Shown piece by piece: positions 50,621 to 64,000 of a DNA stretch of 64,000 nucleotides (positions are counted from its first letter, which is position 1; each line of letters starts with the position of its first letter). A program made the translations under genes and the position numbers. This stretch comes from Marsupella aquatica (lineage: Eukaryota > Plantae > Marchantiophyta). The stretch lies in NCBI GenBank assembly GCA_973895155.1, contig OZ316893.1:6906963-6970962 (forward strand). The letters run 5' to 3'. The notes under the pieces were generated by a model, which was given only the letters and a program-made list of their open reading frames with translations, had not been told where the DNA came from and made no database searches.

Positions 50621-53600
50621 AGTGACAACAACCACAAAGTATCATCAACTAAGAATTATTTTTGTCTTTGTATTTTTCATTTTTTTGATTCCTTGTAAAC
50701 CTTTAACCCCACCCCACCCCCCCTCTTTTACCGCTTTTGTACTATTTTTTGGTTTGATGTTTTCTATTACAGTATGTAATATTTGTAATCAATTAAACTC
50801 TTCTTATGACATAGATTATCATGGGGTATAGTCCTATATGTAGATGGTCCATGAAGTATTATACCTAGATGGTCCATAAGGTACTTGATTATTGTGCATT
50901 GCCATTCCCTGGCATTCCCCTTTATTTATTGCTTGGGAAACATGTCACTCTTTACTTCACACTAAATATAATATAATTTAGGTTTATTCTTTCTCTTGGT
51001 CAGATTCTTTACTTTTTGTGCCCTTCGAATTCAAATGATGACCACCCTATAGAAAGGCGCATCTGTGTATTATAGAAGTTACTTGATTGATTTGCTAATT
51101 AAAACTAGTTTGCCTAGCACTCCCAACTTTTGCCATCTCTTTTCACTGCCACTTGCTATCTTTGTTGCTGACTATCTTCCATACTCACAACAAGAATTTA
51201 GTGATAGAATTTGTATCTATCTAACCACTATAATATGTGCCAGAAGATGTGATCTTACCAATTTTTCCCTGCAGTGTGTTTATAATAACCAATCCAGAGA
51301 GGAATGCATCATGGCTGTTTGATGAAATAATGCCTTTTCCACACTGTTGGACTCTTCCAGTAACACCCTCCTATCCCTCATGTGCCTTGCCTGCCTTTGC
51401 ACTTCCCGCACAAACCTTCTACCTCCCTTTGCCCTCTCCTCCCTCCGCCCTTGCCTCCTTCCTTGCCCCTGGACTCCCCAATTGCCCATGCCTCGCCCCT
51501 CCACACCCTAGCATCCCTCCCTTGCTTGCCCTCCTGAGAAACAATCAGCATCACGGTGGTACGGTGGTGTGCCATGGCCCGACCCAATTGCTGACTAGGT
51601 TTTTCTTGACAGCATTTTTATATCAACCCCAACATCAAGAACACCCTTGACGACACTTCCTGTCCTTTGCGACACTTCCTTGCCTCAATGACATCTTTGC
51701 CTTGAGGACACAACCTTACATTAATACATAATATGATAAACCTATCCGTAAACCTTCTTAACCCTGGATGGGTGGTGCGTGATTTGGGAGAAACTAAGTA
51801 TGAAACCAAAATTGACGCCTGAAACTTTTCCCTGAATCCAAAGATGCACAGAACATTTTTCTCGATCAAAATCGACCAAGAAAAACTTTTGGAAACGTTT
51901 GCAAATCCAACCACGGTTTCCCCTCTCCTCTCCGCAACGATCTCTCCGCCTAGCCATCAGGAGCAGGGGAGCAGCGAGGATTGGCAGGAGCGGTAGAGGA
52001 GTAATCAGGATCGAGAGGGAGCGACGAGTAGCAAAAGAGAAAGTCCACTCGTCAGTTTTGCTGATCATCACAAGCATGGGGCTCACCTTGTCTTTCTAAT
52101 CAGGCTTATGCTATAGGTTCTTGGTTCTACCTTTGCCGCATTTTTCCAACTTGTCAGTGGAGGTATATTGGGAAAAGCACTGTGGACTTTAGATCATGCT
52201 CTCTTGTGACTTGTAACGCGAGGCTGAAGCTGTGTCTTATTCTCTAGAAGCTCTGTGTTTCTAGGGGCTCCACCTAATTTCCATTTTCATCGTTTCTCAC
52301 TTGTCAAACTGTGTCTTGCATCCTAGCAAGATACATGCCACAGGAAGCCCCCCTTGCCCCCACTTTATTCCTTCCTTGCATTGACTGGCAAGCTGTGGTC
52401 GATTCTCTCGTGATGACTCTCATATTGGGACCCACTCTCTCTCCTACAATGAAATGCCTACAAGATTGTCATCTATTTCTGAACTTTATGGAAGAGATTG
52501 CCCATGGGCTTTTGGTTGGCAATAGAAATTATTCGAAGTGAGACTGTGGCAACGAAAGATTCTGTGACTAAGAATGGAATGGAAACCAATGAAGACAAAC
52601 TAAGAGCCATCTTTCTCTTGGAGAGATATTATAATTCCGGTTCTAATCAACCTACAAAAGTGGCTAGTGTTGTACAGTTCTAGGTAGAGTGAATAATTAA
52701 TCTAAGAATAAAAACAGACAAGAATTTCAGTTGAGATACAGTGAAATGTGGTCATCCTTATGGAGAAACATGAAATTTCTCAAATCCTGATCAATAGACT
52801 ACTGCAAAGGGATGCCAATTGACTGTTGGAAAATGAAACTGTTGAACATTCCATGGGAAATTGGTGCTTCTGTTGAACATATTGTAGAAAATTTACTTTG
52901 AGTTTAACATCATTCTGAACATCGATGGCCAGCGTTTTGATCTGCACAACTCAATCAGGATAGTTTGTAGAATTTTGGCATAATGCAGAAGTACTTTGAA
53001 GTGAGAGGAAGGACTGAGAATTTTGAATCTGAATATAAAAAAATCTAAACGTCAAAGACCAAAAGAAGATATCAGGAAATAGAGACGTACTCTAGATCAT
53101 TGAAATGGAAGACTCTGATTCCAAGGCATCTCACATTCACCTACATGTGTCTCCGTCTGGACTCTTATGTGCTTAGATTTAACTAACTCCTCTCAAAGAT
53201 GCCGGGAACTTTCTGTTTGTTTACAGATAGCGTTAGTCTGAAAGGGGATTGTAGAAATTCTGTCCTAACAAGGACTGAAAGAAGCACCACCTTTACAGAT
53301 AGGTTTGATGTCTCAACAACTTTCTTGCCGTGCTTGCACTTTTTTCCTCCTCAATATTTTCTGTGAAAGCATGGAAGTTGGCCTAGTTTGTAATAATTAA
53401 TCTCAAAGGAGGTTTTCAATCTAGTAAGATGAAGAAATAGTGAGTTCAAGCAATTAAGTGCTAGAACTGTGTAGCTATATGATGAATCCACCTTCCAGTA
53501 TTTTGTCTTATTCAAAATTATTTTATTATGTATTTTTAATTCAATGTGTCTTACCAAGGTGCATCCCTTGGTATAGTTTAGATTTTGAATTTATTCTGGT

Positions 53601-56600
53601 ACCCCTCTAAATTTTTTAATCTTTGCTAAATTTAAGATCATCCACCCTTTAACAAAGCTCACTGAATTTCTAGCCCTTATTCTGATGAGTGAAGAAGAAA
53701 TTATCTAAATAAAGTGCACTCCTTCTGTCTTTAAGTTCTACTCATGATTTTGTGTTCTCAATTCATGGTTTTTAATTCATTTGAGTGTCATTACCTAAAG
53801 TAAATACATAAGTATCTCTACTGGTGTACAGTATGTGCACAACCCAATACCATAGACTTAAAACTTTTCATATTTATTATTACTTTTCTTTACATGTGTA
53901 CTTTTACTCCTGTACCTTATGTTCACAACTTGTCAATGTCACATGTCCTAATCAATTTCCTGCTTATATTTGCCACAAAAAATTAGATCACTTGCATTTC
54001 ACTAAAAAACAAAAAATGAAGCACATTCCAAGATGAACATGCTATATCAGTGCCATCTCTATTTTCATACAAACTCATTAATTTCTTGATCTCATTTATG
54101 AGTGGCTCATTAAACTTCATATTGCCTAGGTAGCAAGTAGAATTAGAAAAAAGAGTGAAACAAGTTACAATTACTACAACTGGAAGTATATGCTCAGAGC
54201 ATCCATGCTGGCATTTCTATCAAGCCCTGGTCTGAATATTCGCTAGTATTCAAGTCAATCTATCCTGAGCATTTTGGGATCAGTCTCCAAAATAAATTTC
54301 CTGACCGCCAGTTTCATGTGTTTGCATGGCCCCCAGCAATGTTTCCATACCGTGCCAATTCATATCGACAGTTGCCAAGAAGCTACATCTTTGCATCTAG
54401 CGTAAACAAAAGACATTCAAGCGCACAAGCTTTGTAAGTACACTGTTCTCAATTCTGGAATCAATATGTACAATCATCATGCTGGCAAAAATTGAAAGTC
54501 CACTGGGAGCTTGGATGATCTATGAGCCCACAATAGACCCCCAAAAGCTCTCAGTACAGGTGATGGGATGCTAACCTGGTTTGGAAGCTTTGAGATGAGA
54601 TGTCCATCTCAACTTTTCTCTTCGATGAAATATAAGGTTCCATGAGATCTACATATGAATATATTTAGTTTATGTCCTAACTGGGATGGAATGAATTTAG
54701 AGCCAAAACACCTTGATATTACAGGGGATTTCATCCAAGCTTATCACTTGTACAATGGACACTTCACACTTCTACTCAAGCTGGCCCGCACCCGGCCTGT
54801 TTTGCCTCTTTGGCCGAATACTAACCCTTTCACATTAAACCACCATTGGCCGAATGTAAGGGGGAAGCATCCAAGACCTCCCCCTTTATCACATTCCTTT
54901 CCTTTTTTTCCCCTCCCGTGCCAGTTTGCTCCATGATTTCAGGAAAAAGTTACTTTAATGGTGGCTATGGGTTTGCTTCATGATTTCAGGAAAAAGTTAC
55001 TTTAATGGTAGCTACATGTTACCCATATCTTTCCCAATATCTTTTTAAGGGTAGGTGCATGTGGTTTTAAAATTGCCCAGTGCATTGACCTCTCCTACCC
55101 AATGCTCACCCCTTGCACCCTGGTCTGCACACAGCTCACCCATTCACGGCCAGCCATGCCACCCGCCCAGACTCTCATGCTTCCCGGCCCGTCCTCTCCA
55201 ATACCTGGACCACCCCGGGTCTCCCCTTGGCCATTGTCGCCACCTGGGGTTGCCACTAACCAGACCTGTCTTTCTCTTTTTCCAAAAAGGTATGAGTGTG
55301 GATTTGGACTCTTGAGAGGATGATACTTTGAGAAAGTGAACTACATACCTCACTTCCAAAGAACACAAATATATATCAAAAAGTGCAAAAGGCAAAATAC
55401 AAAGGGCCAAACTGTACCAACTAACAAAAAGTGACAAAGTGGGGACAATTTAACTGGAGGAGACCCCCGAGGAGACCCTTGACAATCTATGGAACCGTAC
55501 AATTGAGACTTCCGTTTCATAGCAATAGGTATATATGCACTCAAACATGTGTGGCTAGGGAGTGACAACGATTAATTTGCCAACGCTCCTATTGTGGAAA
55601 GCAGACCTGAGGTCTCGCCAACTACAGTAACTCCAATTAATCAAACCTACTACCATATAAGTATCCGAAGTACCATACTTTCGTCAGTTGATTCATTCTC
55701 GTGTCCAGGTTACTGTAGCACTCACTCGCTGCTTACAGCTTTGCGGCCCAGCCATCCCCTCCCCCTCGATTAAGAAGCTCTAAAGCACGATAGATTAGCC
55801 TATCAGCTGAACTTTCTTAGAGAATTGCTGTAGACTTTCAAGGGAAGATCACTTGAAGATCTGTGTAAAATTCCCTAGAGTTCTGGTGTAGCCACAATTC
55901 CACTTGCACCCCCGCTTGCTCCTCTGAGCTGTCGAATTTAGTTGAATACTTTGATCTGCTTGGAGCGCATACACGTACGTGGTCACTTACCCGTATTTTT
56001 CCTTCGGTAGTCCCACCACAGGTCTCCCATCCCCATTTTGGATGGTTTAGATCCTTTGTTCTAGCTTGACTGGGTTTGCTTGCCCAATCCAGTTATTAAG
56101 GATTATAAAAAAGACTCCTTCAAGGTAGAAACATCCAGGTGAGTGCACACAGGATAGCTGTGCGAGAAACCTCCAGCATCACCTCTCGAGTCGTGAGATC
56201 ACTTTCGGGTCAGAGCATGAAGGAAGATGGGATCTGAACCGGCAAATCAATCGCTATAACTATGCAACCTCGATATCGCAGATTCCTTTTGGAGCCACTA
56301 TTTTGAAGATTAGACTCGTCTTGCCACTGTTTTTACGACCCAAAGTGCATGTACTTACTGCTTTTCTGTATTGTATGTGCTGTAAAAAAGCCTTCAAAGG
56401 CGAAAACAGATTCGTCCAGACTTACACTCTGAAGACAGTAATTGCAAGTTGATAAAGCACATGCATAGCAGTGGGCACATTGCGGAACAAATCCGGGGGA
56501 GAAGAGCCCGGGATTGTCAGCCCGGTTTAAAACATCGACTACCCAGATTGCTTAAAATTTACACGTGCCAGATGCTCATCTTCCCTCCAAAAAAAGGTCG

Positions 56601-58704
56601 AAATTGTCAGGAACGGTATCTAGGGTTGGCCCGGGTGTCAATCGTATTGCGGGCAAGAAAACTGTGGGTCAGAGAACATTGATAATTTTGTTCCAACTAC
56701 TGTACCTAGGAATTTAGCTCCAGCATTACCAATGCGTTACTACATGAATTACCCCAAAATTTTCTCTTGAGCTCCTTTCATCACCACAGGTCCAGCCACG
56801 AAAATCACGTGAGCTCGTCGAAAGACATCAAAATCCCACGAACTCTACAGCATACGTCCTACAGGTCTGGGTCGGGCAAAATGTCGGCCGCAAGAAGGAC
56901 ATCGGACAAAACCTACCCGGAATTGGAGGTGATATAAGTGATAGTATTTGAAAAAGCCTTTCCAAATTTATATGGAAGTATTATTAAAGAACTAGACAGT
57001 GCAAGCCAAGTTAGAAGATGCTTTTTCAGCGGTTGTTGCGGCTGGCGGCTGGCGGGCGCCATGTCAGAGCTGTGGTTTCTGGCTGTACTAGGCGCAAATT
57101 TTTGGCGTTTCCAACAAGTAAACGATCTCCCTAGGACACGATGACAAACGATATCAAAAACTTGGGGTCGGTTTATCTCTCAATACCCACCCTGCGCATT
57201 ATAAAGTCTGAAAACTTGGTAGTTCACTTCGGGAACGCAGTTGGGGTCCTGAAACGAGATAAATCAATACACGCACCGGGCAGCACTGCAGATCTCTGCG
57301 AACATTCGTTCGCACTTCAGACTCATGGTATTGTGATATTGCCAATATCTGGCATTGGAGATGGATCTTGGTCGATCAGGAAACACTCACTGTAGCCTTT
57401 TCGTCTCCATTCAAGTTCAGTTTGGCCGTCACTAAAGGGTCGGATTTTGGTGATGAGACCTTCGATTGTAGCTTATGATTATTCACCTTTCAAGTTCAGG
57501 TCAGTCACGGTCAAAGTTGGATCGAACTTCGTCAAGAGACGCTTGCTTATTGCCCATTCTTCTGCGTTGCAACTGCAGTGTGCTGCTATTCAGAATTGTC
57601 AGGTATTCCGCTCAACGTCATCCGATTACGACTTAAGTGCGAATTTCTGTCGGCATTTGGTCACCAGTTTTAATTTGCTTTCAAGCCAATGGTTGTATCC
57701 AGAGAAGCCCACAATCAAGTTAAACTCGACTAAGTATTTGGTGACCAAGTTCTGTACCTCATGAATCGCATCTTCGCAATCATTGTTAGCTGAACTTTGA
57801 ACTGTTCATGTTCTTGTACTCAGATTCAGGATTCCAATCGGCATGAGATTGACGACGGTGGATCATTCGATCTTTGCTGCGGTCAACGTTGTAGATCCTT
57901 TTTCTCAGATCTCAATGAACAAAAGGCAATGTTAAACCAGATTACAACTAGTCCAATGAAATTGACAAGCTGGCAAACAGATTTATGGTTTGCTGCCAGT
58001 GGACAAGAATGTAGACGCCATTGCCGCTTTGGATGTGTATGTCTATCCATATACCGTACATAATTATTATAAGTTAATCTGTATAGGTGACAAGCGGCGC
58101 CATTAGGATGCAAACTTCATTCGAGAACTCTGTCTGAGTGTCTGATGGGAACGTCGGTCTTCAACTGTACAGTAATAATATCAGAGTAAATTCAGATAAG
58201 AATGGAGCCGGTTTAGTTAGGTTGATGTCACCAGAATATCGCAGGCTTGTCACTCCCATTCCCCATTGATGATGATGCATTTTGTAAGCCAGGAATTAGA
58301 TTGTCGTTTGGAGGTGGACTGGTTGGAGAATCCCACGGGAAGCTAATCGAGGCATTTTGTTCCAGGTCAGAATTATCTCCTTGCCGCGCAGCCGGCTTTA
58401 TGTCAGAAAATCCAGCCTGAACTGTCTTCGAATCCCTGTTGTCTGGGCTAGTACGTTGTTTTCCATCCTTATAGATTGGGGTGAATCGAAAACTGGAATA
58501 GAATCTCGAAGTCTCGGGAGTGTAGTCCAGTCCGGCGTTAGTATGCCTACGGCCTATGGGACTTGTAGCATATACTCCATGGATACAGTCCAGTTCAGAA
58601 GCACATCTAAAGGCAGTTCGTGTACAGAAGCACATCTAAAGGCAGTTCGTGTACATTTGCTCCAATGATTTCAAATTGTGTACATAGTGTTTAGTTTGGT
58701 AGCT

Positions 58705-59700
58705 CACTTTATATAACAAACATTTTAAATTTACTTTATGAAAATAATAATAATAATTTATTTAATCAATATTTTAGAATTATTTTTTAGATTTAAAATG
58801 TTTAGTTTTTAATAAATTTTTTTAAATATATTTTAATATTTTATTTATTTTAAAATTTAAATATATTTTGTTAATTAAAAAATATAATTTAATTAATTAT
58901 TTAAAAATAATATAATTTTAATAAAAAAAATTAACTAATTAAATTTAAATATATAAAAAAATTAAAGATATATGATCTACATCGTTGACTGACAGCAAAG
59001 ATCGATTGATGTTCTGTCTTCAGTTGCATGGTTGACAACAACGACCAAAAACATTCTGTTGCCAGTCAAATGATTGAAAACAAGATAAATTCTCAAGATT
59101 CTGTCGTCAGTTATGTTTTTCAATATTTACTAATGTTTGCTTCAGAATAATAATCTAATAATTTATTTATCCATTGAAATTTGGTGGGATATCATCTTAA
59201 CAAATCGTTGTCATCTTTAGGAGAATATCTAAAAGAGAAAATTATCATCATGAAAAGTGCATGATATGACGTGAACATTTAAACTTTACATTTTGACTTT
59301 TTATTATTTTTGTTTGTATCACTTTTTGATTAAAAATATTTTAAATATATAATAAAATTAAAATTAACTAATATTAAATATATTAAATAATATATACAAA
59401 TGACCAAATAACATATATACATTGATTAATTATATAATTAAATAAATAATATAATTAAATATAATAAATATAATAAATTATTTATTTTAATTAATAAATT
59501 TTATTTTAAAAAATTATTAAAAATTATTTTAATTAATAATTAGTTTTTTTATAAATAAATATAATACATTATTTATAATTAAGATAAAAAAATGAATAAT
59601 AAAAATCTTTGTTCATAATTTAATATAATTTTTTTTTTAGAAAAATATATTTTATTTATAGAAATGAGTATATAACATAAAAAATCTTAATTTCTAATCA
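58705..59700. other. Extremely AT-rich island (two blocks flanking a ~330-bp core)
   Basis: 58705-58975 and 59330-59700 are almost devoid of G and C. Confidence 0.9.
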
Positions 59701-62552
59701 TGAAGGATTGGTCTATTTGATCACCGACCATCATTGTCTCAATTCATTGATCAGTTTATGGAAGGTGCTTCAAATATGATGGATACTAAGCGACTCAAAC
59801 TTGATCTTGGAAGTTTGCATGTCTTTGAATGCATGTCAGGCATGTAAGTCTAGAATTGGAATGCAGTTCTTATGGATGAAGAAGATTTTGAATAGAGTGA
59901 AAAATCACTTCATTCCATTGATTGTTTCTAGATTAGAATATTGATAGCGTCACTCCATTCCATTGATTGTTTCTAGATTAGAATATTGATAGGGTGTCAA
60001 TCTCCACCCGATCACATGTGGCTCACATGCCTTGAAGAACCAATTCTACCCTCCCATCGATGGAGAATTCACCTCTCAAGTTTTTTGTTTGAAGAATGGA
60101 CTTCATTGAATTGAATTGACAGTTCTGAGCCAACCGGCACTCGAAAAACTCAAGTTTGGTGCAGGTTTCTTTGTCTAGGAAACCGATAGCAAAAAACTCT
60201 ATTTCTGACCAATCTAACGAGTCGTTTCCTAGATCTGTGAAGTGTGAAGTAGGCGATCTCCCAACTGCAAGCTGTACACCAGGTGGGTGGTGCCGGAGGG
60301 GGGAGGGGGGCCGGGGGAGGGTTGGTAAGTTGAGACGTCTCCAATTGTTGAGCTTCGCGTCACAAGCCACCTTTCGGGTAACCAAAATCTCGGCCTCCAC
60401 ATGTTGTGCGACGGTAGTAGGAAAAAAAGAAACCTCTAACTAACTCGTTCTCGGGACGATGCAGCCTACAGCCACTTCACACGAAATTAATTCTGGATAA
60501 CGTTGGGTTGAAGACAGATCTCCAGGATAAGGTATCAAGTGAACGTCGAGAAGGAGTAAGTGGCGTTAGGAGCCAACGCTGAACGGAGCAGCTGTAAGAG
60601 TTGTGGATGGATTAATGGCTCGATCCTGTAAGAAAATGAAAAACCAAGGAAAGTAGCCACAGGTGTGCTGCTTGACTCTTAGGAGAATGTCGTGCATACA
60701 CATTGTCCAAGCCTAGTAGACCCAAGCTCGTGTCTATGTATGCAAAATGTGGAAACGCCCTCATGGTGTATAGTGTGAATGTGAAATATGGTCAGCCAAG
60801 TCCGTCGACTGCGTGCCGGGAGTGCTGTGGAGAGGCGCATAATCATGCACTGACATTAGAGCTGCGTGTGGCGGATGTGTAGTCCGTTGCTGCTTTAGTA
60901 TAGCAAAGTTGATCACCTCTTGATGTACTTGTTGACCTCCCAACTTACGTTCCTGCAGGAAGAAAGCATTGAACTTGTGATCTTCAGAACCGGAGACGAG
61001 TTTTGGATCCTTGAGATGTGAACCCCCGGATGATCAAAACACAGGCGAGGTAAGGAAATCGATCAGCATAAGAAGAAGTAAGAGAAAGTACGGAGGAGTT
61101 TTTTAGTTTGATCCCGAGCACTTAGAATTGAATAAACGAATCGAGAATGGTAGTATCTATTAGCAAGAAAGGAGATCCAAAACGAAGAAAAGTGACAAGG
61201 CATTAGAGAAAGAGATTGAAACACGGCTGGCGAGGAATCAAGCGCAGAATATTGTTGTAGACAAGGCAAAAGAGAATGAACGAAGAAGGAATAGGATGCT
61301 GAAAGATTGATTAGGTATACAGATGCTCAAACCGTGAGACCACCAGTTGGGTGTAGACGGGGATGGCGTTGAAAACCAAAGACACTACAGTATTACACGA
61401 GAATGTGTGAGGAAAAGAGAAAGAAAATTGAGAGCGATGTGTTGTGAGACGAGACGAGAAGACTGTATAGGACGAGACCTTTAAGAGGACTGTAAATGGC
61501 AGAATTCCATATAGTTGACTGCTCTTGCAGAGTAATTGATAGTGAGGCCTGCTATCCTGGCAGATACAAAGCGCGATCAGCTCTCACTGGCAGTCAATGG
61601 TCCAATGCACCAGGATTAAAAAGTAGAGCTCTTTCAGCGATCTGACAAACTTATGATGAATGAACTCAGGATTGACGCGAAACGGGAAGCATCGCGAGGT
61701 GTAGAAGTTGGGATTGAGCTGGTAGGGAAGACTTGCGCCAGAGCTTTGTTAATCCGATGGCTAATCTCCACAGCCTGTCGCCTTTCTGATACAGCGTTGA
61801 GAGCTTTCCTAGATTTGAAAGATGGACACCTTTCGTGGTCACTCTCACTTCGCGGCTGAGCCCGCTAGCTAGGAAACCACGTTTCACCGAGCTCACTCCG
61901 AGACTCCTTGCTTCCTCGGTTTGCTCGATTTCAGTTGTCCTCTCATAGCAATTCCTTCTGCTATTCAAAATATTTGATATAATTCATTATTTCATTGAAT
62001 TCTATCCTGTAGTAACAACCGATCGTGTTACTTCCTCAATCCTGTGCGTGTAACAAGCCGGTCTTTTAAAACCGTTGGTAAAGTTCTTACCATTGCACAG
62101 ACCCGGGACCTGTCGAGACTGCACCCTAAAATGTGCGCCCAATCATGTTGGTCCTCCGAACTTCCTACAATTTTGATAGTCATGGGCTCTTCTTTAGTTC
62201 GTGCTGTGTATTTCATGTTCTTGGAATGTAAGATGTACGTGCAACACTTCTGTCCCGTTTTGGGTTTCCCAAGAAAATGATTCCTCTTTCCGTTTGCCGT
62301 CAAGGGTGAAACTTCAATGTTGTCATGGAGGTACAGATATTCTGCTGAGACACGAAACCTGCTCCTCGCAAGTTTAGGAGATGTCTGTTAACTACTGTTT
62401 GGTCATTCTGAACAGTCCACTTTGACAATTAGAGTATGATCGTGACTGCATCAGTTCCACAAGCGTCATTGGTCACTTGAGCGAATCCCGAGGGCCCGGG
62501 TCTTCGGTGGAACAATCGCTTTTTGATTTGCACGAATCAATATGTCGACTAG

Positions 62553-63095
62553 CAGTTTGCGCGCATTGAACACCAAAGGTCAGACTCCCTCTCGAAATCT
62601 CATAGATCCTGCCAATATTCGGAACCGACCTGCCGTCGAGCGATTGACTATCCGAGACAAAAGCTTCAGAAAATTAGAATCCTAGAACCACAAACGACAT
62701 GGAATGAGCAATTTAGAGAGCTTGGTACTGATGTACTTTATCTCCGAGCGTACGGGGGAACGATAAAAGATCCGGGAGACGTGGTGGCTATCTTTACATA
62801 TGTCAATACATAAGTGGTACACGCCGAGCAACGCGGCTTCTTCCCACGCCTGTATCTGGATTGGTACAGCTATGATCACATGTCCTGATGTCCAGGTGAG
62901 ATCTTGGCTGTGCGCTTTTTGATATTTAACATTAGATAATCTGCGGATGTACTTTGACTCGCACTATTCACCTAATGTGGTAGATGAAGGTGAAAACGAA
63001 GCTCGGTGATGTCGTCTAGAAAATGTGCGGAGGATAATAGAAGACCACCTACGGCCATGGAACATTGCTTATGTCTGGGAGCTTTGCATGAAAAG
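62553..63095 (+). pseudogene. Putative spliced pseudogene of an unidentified protein
   Basis: Protein-like frame AIDYPRQKLQKIRILEPQTTWNEQFRELGTDVLYLRAYGGTIKDPGDVVAIFTYVNT*VVHAEQRGFFPRLYLDWYSYDHMS*CP stays in frame across a GT-AG gap (62896-62935) into DNLRMYFDSHYSPNVVDEGENEAR*CRLENVRRIIEDHLRPWNIAYVWELCMK. Confidence 0.35.
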
Positions 63096-64000
63096 TACTT
63101 TTGCTTTTACTTTAATGTGTGCTTTGATTCGACGCTTTTTAGTAAATTTGGTACTTTTCCGTTTGAAATTGCTGGTGAAGCGCTTTACCCTTTCCCTCAG
63201 TCACAGTCTCTCGAGTCGTCTGTCTAACGTGAGGATCCAGATTCATCTGCTAGGAAGTCTGACGTGGAGAGGCACGTGGTCTGTGTCATGAGATAAGACA
63301 GAAGCGTAGAATCTATGCCTCTAGTTGAGAAATGGAGACTAGACCGGAAGGACGGAGACGTTGAGCACACTTCACTCCCAGGACCCCAAAAATCACTACC
63401 CAATGCTCACCATTATGCTTAGATGTCCTTCCACAGCTCCCAGCTCGCAATGAATTAAGGTCGAAGAAACAACGAAGACACAAATCAATTGACAACATCG
63501 ACACATCCAAAGAAGCAGCAGCCGGAAGCTTTAATGAAACCACTTGACACTCTGCTATTATTACATAAACGTTAATGATTCAAAGAATATCAGGAATCTG
63601 AGAAGTTAGCTCCCGGGAGAACTGGAGGTTGCCTCGATTGTTGTATCGCGTGTAGTGCCGTTCTTCGTTTGTTCATAGAGGGAGCCCCGACCATGCCAGG
63701 TTACTAATGCGAAATTTCAGGCTACAGCAAATCTCACGGCTAAACTCAGCCAGGAAGGGGACACTTCACGAGAACTGACAGTGCACAAATCGATGTTACA
63801 CCAAATAAAATCTCTGAAGTCAATGAATAAGTCGACAATTTACTAACTCATAGCAATTGCCAATGCACAACTTCGTGTTACAGCGACTCGCACGAGCCGA
63901 GACTTGAAAGTTGTGAAGCTCTATAGACATAAAAACAATATTAACTTAAACAAAGAATCATGATTCGAGTTCATAAGAGCCAAAGCTCTATTGAACATTT

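Noticed and set aside
52540-53350. Coding-looking, purine-rich plus-strand stretch
   Set aside because: Stops in all frames and no recognisable motif; probably an old TE fragment but unassignable
54230-54480. Possible SWIM zinc finger (GPCKHM) of a MULE transposase relic on the minus strand
   Set aside because: Single short motif in a broken frame; not enough support to annotate
58228-58635. 135-aa minus-strand ORF
   Set aside because: Non-ATG start inside a 29-bp tandem duplication, no recognisable domain or splice partners

Overview
Eukaryotic, land-plant genomic DNA (compact GT-AG introns and repeat-rich intergenic spacers; bryophyte/liverwort-like by inference, not proven). Three intact multi-exon genes were reconstructed by hand, all on the minus strand: an ARM-repeat/BTB-POZ protein of the ARIA type (19 coding exons, 11661-17890), a glycine-rich-domain protein GRDP/DUF1399 (13 exons, 27093-34500) and the U3 snoRNP/SSU-processome factor UTP25/NOF1 (24 exons, 40819-47996). 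The rest is a transposon graveyard. It holds a degenerate Ty1/copia element with 3' LTR, carrying a 347-bp MITE and inserted into a CRE-like non-LTR relic; a 5'-truncated L1 with a 12-bp TSD; gag, PIF/Harbinger and L1 relics; a 1.6-kb Mutator-like element with long TIRs, a 9-bp TSD and a spliced cargo fragment; and Helitron ends carrying a 35-bp minisatellite. No prokaryotic-type system (CRISPR, operon, defence island) is present and I cannot demonstrate a wholly new system. The most interesting leads are the cargo-carrying MULE, the satellite-bearing Helitron family, a MITE with an odd TSD, two hairpins (one perfect, one miR166-like), a recurrent ~45-bp tandem-duplication signature and unannotated spliced or pseudogene-like units at 60-63 kb. 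Exon coordinates were read manually and may be off by a few bases.
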